Shown here in pieces: positions 9,141 through 16,751 of a stretch of 32,000 nucleotides of DNA. A program made the translations under genes and the position numbers. This DNA comes from an uncultured archaeon (GTDB lineage: Archaea; Asgardarchaeota; Jordiarchaeia; Jordiarchaeales; Jordiarchaeaceae). The stretch's first letter is position 1. Every line of letters starts with the position of its first letter. The notes beneath the pieces are model-generated. The model made no database searches, was not told where the DNA came from, and saw only the letters and a program-made list of their open reading frames with translations. The stretch is from the NCBI GenBank assembly GCA_964510585.1, contig CAZECW010000121.1, positions 1 through 32,000 of the forward strand, written 5' to 3'.

Positions 9141-10154
9141 ATGGGTGGTTACGGAAGCGATTATGACTACGGTACTACGGATGCTGTGGTCAAGCGTAGT
9201 GCGGCTTCTTATAACATTGATAAGGGTCGAAAGTACACTGAAGTTAAAAGTATTCTCCCTCCGCCCAAGGGAAAAGTGCTCGTTACTAAGGCTAAACTTC
9301 CTTTGGTAGTAGCTGTAGATGTTACGGGTTCCATGCGTGAGTTTCCCAAGATAATTTTCGAAAAGCTATGTATCCTTTATAATGAGGTTTTATTTTTCCT
9401 GCCGGAAGATTTGAAAAACAGTTTTGAGATTTCCTTCGCAGCCTTTGGAGACGCCTACTGTGACCAGGCTCCTCTCCAAGTCACAGACTTCGCCTCTGGA
9501 CCACAGTTAGACCTGAATATTCAATCACTTTATCCGGAGGGTGGTGGCGGGGGATATGCGAGAGAAACATATGAACTTGTGGCTTATTATTATGCTATGA
9601 AGTGTGAATTGCTAAATGCTCAAGTTCAACCGAGACCCATTTTTATCTTTGTGGGTGACGAAGGCTATTATCCAAAGGTGAACCGCGAGCACATTGTGAA
9701 TCTTATAGGTGACAATCCGAGAACCGATGTTGACAGTAAAGAGGTTTTCGACTTATTGATGAAAAAGTTTTCAACATATATTTTGCGGGTGGAATATGAA
9801 TATCCTAAAAATGAAAAAATTATACACAAACAGTGGGAGGAAACTCTGGGGAAGGAACGGGTACGTGTAATGAAAGATCCAAGAAGGGTGGTTGACATCA
9901 TAATCGGAATTGTTGCGACTCATATTGACAAATTCGACGAGTTTAAAGAACGAATAGAAATAAGGCAAACTCAAAGTCAAGTCGAGCAAGTTTATACAAC
10001 TTTGAGTGGCATTGAATCTGAAAACCAGAAGAAATACGTGTATCGAATTGCAGCTTTAGAATGCCCGAAATGTGGAGCAAAGCTGAAAAGTGCACCCGAT
10101 TTCGGAAGACCCGTAGAATGCGAAATGTGCGGCTACATAATAGTCAGAATTTGA
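9141..10154 (+). CDS. von Willebrand factor A (vWA) domain protein with C-terminal zinc ribbon
   Basis: MIDAS motif DVTGSM, FAAFGD, GGGGG..ETYE, IFIFVGDE, and terminal CPKC-x14-CEMC. ATG at 9141 follows GTGAT; the track start is GTG at 9126. Confidence 0.85.
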   Translation: MGGYGSDYDYGTTDAVVKRSAASYNIDKGRKYTEVKSILPPPKGKVLVTKAKLPLVVAVDVTGSMREFPKIIFEKLCILYNEVLFFLPEDLKNSFEISFAAFGDAYCDQAPLQVTDFASGPQLDLNIQSLYPEGGGGGYARETYELVAYYYAMKCELLNAQVQPRPIFIFVGDEGYYPKVNREHIVNLIGDNPRTDVDSKEVFDLLMKKFSTYILRVEYEYPKNEKIIHKQWEETLGKERVRVMKDPRRVVDIIIGIVATHIDKFDEFKERIEIRQTQSQVEQVYTTLSGIESENQKKYVYRIAALECPKCGAKLKSAPDFGRPVECEMCGYIIVRI

Positions 10155-10171
10155 ATGAGCCTGGCAAGTAT

Positions 10172-10804
10172 ATGGAATTAATAGTTTCGAACTCGATTCT
10201 GGACGCTTGGACTAAAAGTCTTAGACTCCTTCAAAAAAATGGCGTCACAATAATGGATGAAGACCAAATCCTCTTTGAGGTTCTCCATCTTTTTCTAATT
10301 TTAGAAAACCCTTTGGATGAAGAAGAAAAAATTAGGGCAATTAATCCCGCTATGGCTAATTGGATGAAAACAAACTTTGAACAAGAAACACTGGTACCAG
10401 AACTGGGTAACGCTAAAAGCTACGGCTATCGCCTAAGAAACTACAAGGGCATAAACCAATTGCAGTGGGTTAAAAACAGATTGAAAACCAAACCGGAAAC
10501 AAAATCCGCCACCATTACACTCCTAATTCCCGATGAGGATACATCTTATATACCCTGCGTAAGTCTAATAGACTTCAAAATCAGGAATAACACACTCCTC
10601 ATGACCGCCACCTGCAGAAGTTTAGACCTCGCAAAAAAAGCAGTATTCAACTTTTTAGCTTTAAAGACAATCGCAGAAGAAATAAAGAACGAACTCGCCC
10701 TAACAAACTTAACCCTGAATATTCACATCATCTCCGCACACATTTACGAAAAAGACCTGCCCCTAACCAAGTCAATCATCAGCACCCTACAGGGAAGAAC
10801 TTAG
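10172..10804 (+). CDS. Thymidylate synthase (ThyA)-like protein, divergent archaeal type
   Basis: YGYRLR, NQL, catalytic PC, DFKIR, RSLD-x7-N and SAHIY motifs. ATG at 10172 preferred because the track start at 10061 overlaps the vWA gene. Confidence 0.85.
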   Translation: MELIVSNSILDAWTKSLRLLQKNGVTIMDEDQILFEVLHLFLILENPLDEEEKIRAINPAMANWMKTNFEQETLVPELGNAKSYGYRLRNYKGINQLQWVKNRLKTKPETKSATITLLIPDEDTSYIPCVSLIDFKIRNNTLLMTATCRSLDLAKKAVFNFLALKTIAEEIKNELALTNLTLNIHIISAHIYEKDLPLTKSIISTLQGRT

Positions 10805-11486
10805 AGAAGACACATTAATTAGAAGCATTACGCACAACAGGATGCATTTTCAAACAGGACATTCACAACAAAAATAAATCCCTTGCCCTAAAACATTGAA
10901 AAAATTTGATTGCTTGTAACTAAAAAATTTCATATAAAATGAGAATTTACGAAAAACAAAAGGGGGAAATAGAAGTATACCTAAATCGCTGAAACTATCA
11001 AAAAGTTTACGACTATGCTCCGCCGCGTTCCCAGATGATTTTAGCAAACTCGTGGAAGAAAACAGAGAGAACGAAAGTCTTGAAAAGCGAGCTTCCCGCC
11101 ACAAAGGAAGGGACGGTAACCTAATACCCTCAGAAAAATCAAATTTCGACTTGAAGATTCTCTACTGGAGGTACTGAAACGGCTGAACTAATTCTAACGG
11201 GTACCACATATAGGGAAATCAAGGGGAAGAGCTTCTAAAAGAATAAAAAAGGAGAAGTGAAAAAAAGTTATCTATTCTCTGCAGGGGCGAGGAGACATGC
11301 CTGCTAATATGTCTTCTAATTCAGTTTAAAGAAACCATAATTCTTTTGGAAGTTCAATACTTGTTTATTTTTTGTTAAAAATTGGTTAAAGAAGCCACGC
11401 CTATAATTAAGTTTTTTAGTGAGAAAGGTCTAAATTTTTCCTTTTTGTAATACTCTCATAGCTTTTATCTTGACTATTCGGAGTTT

Positions 11487-12347
11487 TTGGCAATGTGTGA
11501 TTCCGGTGAGGATTACTGGCTTAAATTATTAAAATTGAACGCTCTAGGCTATGATAAGAGGATAAGTCAAATTAAACAGGTTTTGATAGAAACAAGGGGA
11601 TACGTGTTTGAAAAACCCTTGGGCGAATATGTGATAATTTTGTTTTCGGGCGGTATGGATTCAACAACTTTAATTGATATGGTTATCAAAGAATGGGACT
11701 CTAAAGTGGTACTGCTCTATTTCAGACGGGGCTCCCGGAACCAAAAATGGGAAGAAAAGGCTGTAGATTACTTCTACGAGTTTTATAAGGACAGATACCC
11801 TCAAAACCTAGTCGAACTGGTAAAGTTGGAGATACAGATTCCATCAAAAGTGAATAAGCAATACTTGGATGAAAACCGGAAAAAAATAATGGGCTTACCC
11901 ATGCGAAACGCCACAATGTGGTGTAACTCAGCAACTCAAGCAGTGTATCTTAGCGGGAAATATGGGGAAGCAATAAGAACCATCCTTGTGGGCTCCGTGA
12001 ATGAGGATACCAACTCCCCAGAATCGGGGTACCTATCGGTTCTCTCTCAAAGCCTACATACATGTATATGTCTAGGAATTTGGAACTTCCAGTTCAACGC
12101 TCCCCTTATGGATGACTCATTTAGGCCGGGAGGTTTTTCCAAGGCAGATTTGATTCTCTACGCTAAAGAAAGCGGAATTCCTCTTGAAAAAACCCGCTCC
12201 TGTTTCGAAGCCACGGAGGAGCCATGTGGGAAATGCTTAGCCTGCCAAAACAGAAACGCAGCCTTCGAAACAGTAAACCGAAAAGCCCCCTCTAGTTACC
12301 AAACAGCAAAAAACAATATTCAGGCGGCAGGAAAAGAAGCTAGGTGA
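11487..12347 (+). CDS. QueC-like PP-loop ATPase (7-cyano-7-deazaguanine synthase family), divergent
   Basis: LFSGGMDS PP-loop, PMRN, and TRSC-x7-CGKCLAC four-Cys zinc site. About 45-aa N-terminal extension; no YPDCR motif. Confidence 0.85.
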   Translation: MAMCDSGEDYWLKLLKLNALGYDKRISQIKQVLIETRGYVFEKPLGEYVIILFSGGMDSTTLIDMVIKEWDSKVVLLYFRRGSRNQKWEEKAVDYFYEFYKDRYPQNLVELVKLEIQIPSKVNKQYLDENRKKIMGLPMRNATMWCNSATQAVYLSGKYGEAIRTILVGSVNEDTNSPESGYLSVLSQSLHTCICLGIWNFQFNAPLMDDSFRPGGFSKADLILYAKESGIPLEKTRSCFEATEEPCGKCLACQNRNAAFETVNRKAPSSYQTAKNNIQAAGKEAR

Positions 12348-12353
12348 CCTAAA

Positions 12354-13298
12354 ATGGAGGTGTTTTTAACCCTATCTCCTTACGCCCAATATTTGAGAGA
12401 GGTGAGTAGATACCCGTTAGTAAAAGCCCTCAGATTTAATACTGGAGCACAATTAAATGAGGGTATTGAGGATGCACTCACCCGTTTCAGAGAAACCATT
12501 AAACCGAAGGAGCTCTGGATTGACCTGAAATGCAGAGAGCTCCGACTAGTTAAAGCCACAGAACTCACCAAAGACAATAATGTTCTCGAAATTAACCAAA
12601 AAATCAGAGTTAACACCCCCACACTCTTATACTACAATGATGGAAAAAACTATTTGCAAATCGACAAGGTGATAGAAAAAAGCAAACTTCAAATCCACAT
12701 TCCAGAACAATATTCTGACACCTTCAATATCACATTCGGAAAAGGTACACCATTTAATATCCCCGACGAATCGCTAGTGGTCGAAGAATACTTAACGGTT
12801 CAAGATAAAAGATTCGTGGAAGCGGCTCAAAAACTCGGCATCCACAAATATCTGCTATCATTCGTGGAACAGAAATCAGACATTTTCGAACTATTAAAGC
12901 TAGACCCAGAAGCAAAAATAATCGCAAAAATAGAATCAATCAAAGGCTTAGAATTCGTCGAAAACACTTACCTCGAAGTGAATGAAAACGTCCGGCTAAT
13001 GGCCGCCAGAGGCGACATGTATGTGGAACTAGAATGGCCACACCAAATTCTAGGCGCACTAGCAAAAATTATTAAAGCCGACAAAAACGCAATAGCTGCT
13101 TCTCGCATACTAGAATCAACTCTGAATCCAGAGAAACTCCCCAACTGCGCAGATATTTCAGACATGGCGCTTTTATTAAAAATGGGCTACCGCTCATTTC
13201 TATTAGGAGATAACATATGCGAAAAAGAAGGCTCACTAAAATCAGCCCTAGGTCTTATGGAAGCAATCTACCAAGAATTTCTAAAAAACAAATTTTAG
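12354..13298 (+). CDS. Pyruvate kinase-like protein (A/B domains only, no C-terminal domain)
   Basis: TLSP, RFN, DLKCRELR, SFV, IIAKIE, MAARGDMYVE and ASRILES correspond to PK motifs TLGP, RLN, DTKGPEIR, SFV, IIAKIE, MVARGDLGVE and ATQMLES. Ends at 314 aa. Confidence 0.85.
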   Translation: MEVFLTLSPYAQYLREVSRYPLVKALRFNTGAQLNEGIEDALTRFRETIKPKELWIDLKCRELRLVKATELTKDNNVLEINQKIRVNTPTLLYYNDGKNYLQIDKVIEKSKLQIHIPEQYSDTFNITFGKGTPFNIPDESLVVEEYLTVQDKRFVEAAQKLGIHKYLLSFVEQKSDIFELLKLDPEAKIIAKIESIKGLEFVENTYLEVNENVRLMAARGDMYVELEWPHQILGALAKIIKADKNAIAASRILESTLNPEKLPNCADISDMALLLKMGYRSFLLGDNICEKEGSLKSALGLMEAIYQEFLKNKF

Positions 13299-13843
13299 AG
13301 GACAAAACACTGAGCAGGGATTCAGCGGCTTCTTTAAGTATTTTCAATGCGTCATTAGTTAATCTTTCCGATTCTTTCGCCTTTAATACTGCTCCTAGCT
13401 GAACAAATCCGCATGCAGCAGATACCCAGTAGTTCAGTCTTTTCATTTTTTGTTCAGTTCAAGGTTCACTCAGTCGTTTTAGAAATAGACTAACCGCCTT
13501 TTTTCTGAGGGTTGAATCTTTTAATATATGTGTGGCGTATTGCAGGCATAAACGGCCTCTTTCAGCAAGTGTTTTCCTTTATAAATCAGAATATGGGTGT
13601 ATTTGCCATGAAAACTTATTTCATAATTTGTCTAAAACGCTTAAGCGTATACGGGTTTCCCATGATTTAGCTCAAATTTTAAATCTTCACCATAATTGCT
13701 GGAATGCTGAAAAGAAGCTTAATGCTTCCTTCTTTTTTCCCACATGAAACCTTAAGTGAAAGCAAGAAACCTCCTTTTGGCAAAAGTGGGAATAAACTCT
13801 AAATTTAATTCGCCGAGGTAAATACGCACTTCGCCTCTAATTT

Positions 13844-14302
13844 TCATTTTAGTTTGACGCCTGCCAGTTTTATTGTTTCAAGAACCACGTGGCTTTCCAC
13901 TTTTTCTATTCCTTTAATATTGGATATCTTTGAAATTAGCTCTAGGGCTTCCTGCCGATCTTTGCACATTCCGAGAACTAGTAAGTCGCACTCTCCGCTA
14001 ACCCTTAGAACGACGTACACTTGAGGCAGACTCGCTACTTCCCTCCCGATGGTGGCGAGGTTTGCTCCGGTTTTTGTAGCTATGCGAATACATAAAGAGT
14101 ATAAGTTCAAGTATTCGGGGTCTAATATAATTGTGTATCCTCTTATCACGTTTTCCTCCTCTAGCTTTTTTATTCTGCTTGATACGTTTGCGTGACTCAC
14201 CCCAAGCTTTTTTGCTATATCTCGATAGGAGAGGCGAGAATCAAGTGAGAGTAACTCTAAAATTTTTTTGTCTAATTCTTCAAGCACCAATATCTCCACC
14301 AC
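13844..14302 (-). CDS. Lrp/AsnC-family transcriptional regulator
   Basis: LDKKILELL...DSRLSYRDIAKKLGVS...RIKKLEEENVIRGY helix-turn-helix plus RAM-type C-terminal domain. Confidence 0.95.
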   Translation of the reverse strand: MVEILVLEELDKKILELLSLDSRLSYRDIAKKLGVSHANVSSRIKKLEEENVIRGYTIILDPEYLNLYSLCIRIATKTGANLATIGREVASLPQVYVVLRVSGECDLLVLGMCKDRQEALELISKISNIKGIEKVESHVVLETIKLAGVKLK

Positions 14303-14311
14303 TACAATAAA

Positions 14312-14620
14312 TTATAAATTAATAACTCTATTATTATCACTAAATAGTAGATCTGCTAGCTGGTCATAATCAATTAATTTAAAGTTAGGCTGCAGGTGAG
14401 TTTTAATTCCACGAATTTCAACATCCCGCTCCAAAACATAAAATTTCACCCCTTTTCCTATGGCACTTTCCAAGTTTTGATTGCGACCGTTATTCTCCAG
14501 GGCTAGGTAAACCGCATCCTGAATTAGGATAACCTCTACGTCCTCACCCTTCTCCCTCAGCTTCTCAACGATGGGAATAAAGTCGAAATTCAACCTGTTG
14601 AGAAAAATTAATGTTTTCAT
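14312..14620 (-). CDS. dsrH: DsrH/TusB-like sulfur-relay subunit
   Basis: LIQDAVY, YVLERDVEIRG, IDYDQLADL motifs; last gene of the tusA-dsrEFH run. Confidence 0.75.
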   Translation of the reverse strand: MKTLIFLNRLNFDFIPIVEKLREKGEDVEVILIQDAVYLALENNGRNQNLESAIGKGVKFYVLERDVEIRGIKTHLQPNFKLIDYDQLADLLFSDNNRVINL

Positions 14621-14631
14621 TGACACCACTT

Positions 14632-14973
14632 CTAGAATACAATCGATGCTTGAGCCTCCAAAACAAGCTCCGGAATCTTATCTCTACTGATAACATTAGC
14701 CTCTGGAATAATATCTTCCTTTCCTAAGCCCCTCTCTTCAAGAGACTCCTCCTCAACGTATAGTTTAATGTCCATGTCGGGGAACACTTCATAAAATTTA
14801 CTGGTTAAACTCCTATCTGCACCCTTTAAGGCAGCGTAGACACCGTCACCCATCCAAATCAGCACTACGCGGTGTTGAACCAAAAGCCCTGAAGCCACGC
14901 GTAGAGCTTCATAATAGTTTAAATTGGAAAATGGCTTTGACCTTACAAATATAAGAACAGTTTTCTCAGGTAT
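14632..14973 (-). CDS. dsrF: DsrF/TusC-like sulfur-relay subunit (apparent ATA start)
   Basis: Frame continues upstream of the track's GTG (14898) as (M)PEKTVLIFVRSKPFSNLNYYEALRVASGL. Also WMGDGVY and EESLEERG. ATA at 14973 follows GGAGG, and no in-frame ATG/GTG/TTG lies upstream before the TGA at 15034-15036. Confidence 0.75.
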   Translation of the reverse strand: MPEKTVLIFVRSKPFSNLNYYEALRVASGLLVQHRVVLIWMGDGVYAALKGADRSLTSKFYEVFPDMDIKLYVEEESLEERGLGKEDIIPEANVISRDKIPELVLEAQASIVF

Positions 14974-14975
14974 TT

Positions 14976-15350
14976 CTAGTTCCTCCCAGTAAAATTTATA
15001 ACAACATCTGACTCGGCAACCATATCCGCCAAATCATATATTCCACCCACATCTACCCCTTCAGGCAACATTTCATCCACAACGCCACGCACCTCTGCGC
15101 ATACCCTACACATTGTAACGCGGGCCCCCATACCGATTAATTCTTTAAGTTTATCAAATATGGGACGTGTACGGAGGTTTTCAGTATTCTGGTAAGTGAT
15201 AGGATTGTATACTCCATCCATCATGAGGAAGATGTTTACCTTATGTCCCTTTCTTAGCGCAGCTCGAGCTATCTCATAGGCATGGTCGGCGCTATCATAC
15301 TGATAGGGAGACTCAAACAACAAAATCAATAAGGTACCCTGCAAAATCAA
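14976..15350 (-). CDS. dsrE: DsrE/TusD-like sulfurtransferase subunit
   Basis: ESPY, IFLMMDGVY and MCRVCAEVRG with the conserved Cys. Confidence 0.85.
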   Translation of the reverse strand: MILQGTLLILLFESPYQYDSADHAYEIARAALRKGHKVNIFLMMDGVYNPITYQNTENLRTRPIFDKLKELIGMGARVTMCRVCAEVRGVVDEMLPEGVDVGGIYDLADMVAESDVVINFTGRN

Positions 15351-15589
15351 GCCCCCTTCCTTATAATGTAAGTAAAGACCCCATCTTTAAAGGAAGATTC
15401 AAGAAGCGTATTTCCAGTCTTTTTGCACCAAGATTCAAAGTCTCTTTTGCTTCCGGGATCCGTTGCCAAAACTTTTAGTACCTCTCCCGTCATCATCTCC
15501 TCCACGAGTTTTTTCGTCTTTACGATCGGCAGAGGACAGCTCAGCCCTCTTGCATCAAGAACCTTACTAACCATTTGGACATTATTCAT
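15347..15589 (-). CDS. tusA: TusA-family sulfur carrier
   Basis: LDARGLSCPLP (CPxP) and VLATDPGS..DF..WC. Confidence 0.95.
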   Translation of the reverse strand: MNNVQMVSKVLDARGLSCPLPIVKTKKLVEEMMTGEVLKVLATDPGSKRDFESWCKKTGNTLLESSFKDGVFTYIIRKGA

Positions 15590-15771
15590 AATATTTCACA
15601 ACCATTTGAAATATTTCACTTTTAAAAAATAACCAAACGTATATAAACCTTTTCAGAATATTCCACCGGTTCTAATTAGAAAATGGAGTGTTAAGAAAAC
15701 AAAAGGTTACGCAAAGGATTTCGAGGAGAAAATCAATTTTTAAAAATGTCTAAAAAAATTTTTCAACGAAT

Positions 15772-16749
15772 TTATAGTAAATTACACTCCCGAAGCAATT
15801 TAGTCCAATCATTTTTTCTGTATCTGAGTTCACTTATTTTGACAAGGTATCTTTCTTCGTTTACTTTACCCAAGTAGGGTAGTTTTTCATCCCTTTTAAT
15901 AGGTGTATATTCTGAGGTTTTGAAATATCCAGAGACAAAACCTTTAAGATTTGTTTTTATTTCTCCACATTTATAGGCTTTAATTCTTTTTCTCATCTCT
16001 TCAAGGTAGCCCTTGAAGCGGCCGTTACTAGAAGGGATTTTGCTCTCTGCAAAATCAAGGAGTCTAGTGAAACCGCAGACTTCGATGAAGAATTGTAAAA
16101 TAAGTGGTTGCGGTATAAAACATTTAACATTGATTCCATAATCGTAGCCTATGTCGGCTTCAGCCCAGATACCGGCTATGGAAGGAGAGGATTTTATGCT
16201 AATGTTCTTGCTTGCGTTTACAATATCATTTCTATATTTTTCAATTTTGGGTGAAATTTCCCAGTCCAGCTCGATTTTTGAGGAAAAGTTTCTTTCAAGA
16301 AATTTCTTGACAACGATCTCGCCAAATTTTCCATTAAACTGATCCACAATAATTTTGTCGAACGTTCTTTTTTGTTCTCTAGATCCTTTTTGAGAAATAG
16401 TTGCTCTTGAACCTCCAGAGAACATTTGATATGTAATTTCAATACAAAATATGAGTAGTCGTACTATGTCTTCGTCATCTAATCTTAAGGTAATTGTGTT
16501 TGGTATCAATTTTTCTTTGACCCAACTAAAGACATTTTCTTCATTTAAAAACATCTTGTTTCCTTTTAAGCCGATCACATTAAAATCGTTACACCTACAT
16601 ACTGAGAGAAGTAGCTTACATAAGTCTTCTATGCTAAAGTCTATTCCACTTACCTTCACAATATACTCTTTGAGGTTTTGTATATGCTCACCTAATTTTG
16701 TTCTGAATTTGGGGTAAGAATTTAGTTCACCTTTTGAAATCTCAAGCAC
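15772..16749 (-). CDS. Putative type II restriction endonuclease
   Basis: Two bases downstream of a DNA methyltransferase gene, AT-rich, with a PD-(D/E)xK-like arrangement (GKFGE...ND...ISIKSS). Family not recognised. Confidence 0.55.
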   Translation of the reverse strand: MLEISKGELNSYPKFRTKLGEHIQNLKEYIVKVSGIDFSIEDLCKLLLSVCRCNDFNVIGLKGNKMFLNEENVFSWVKEKLIPNTITLRLDDEDIVRLLIFCIEITYQMFSGGSRATISQKGSREQKRTFDKIIVDQFNGKFGEIVVKKFLERNFSSKIELDWEISPKIEKYRNDIVNASKNISIKSSPSIAGIWAEADIGYDYGINVKCFIPQPLILQFFIEVCGFTRLLDFAESKIPSSNGRFKGYLEEMRKRIKAYKCGEIKTNLKGFVSGYFKTSEYTPIKRDEKLPYLGKVNEERYLVKISELRYRKNDWTKLLRECNLL

Positions 16750-16751
16750 AC

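Noticed and set aside
13255-13446. 63-aa minus-strand ORF overlapping the end of the PK-like gene
   Set aside because: Could be real or a remnant, but no motif or partner supports it.
11487-15589. Dnd/Ssp phosphorothioation or Dpd deazaguanine DNA-modification system
   Set aside because: No DndB-E, SspB-E, DpdA/TGT-like or QueD/QueE genes are recognisable in the window.
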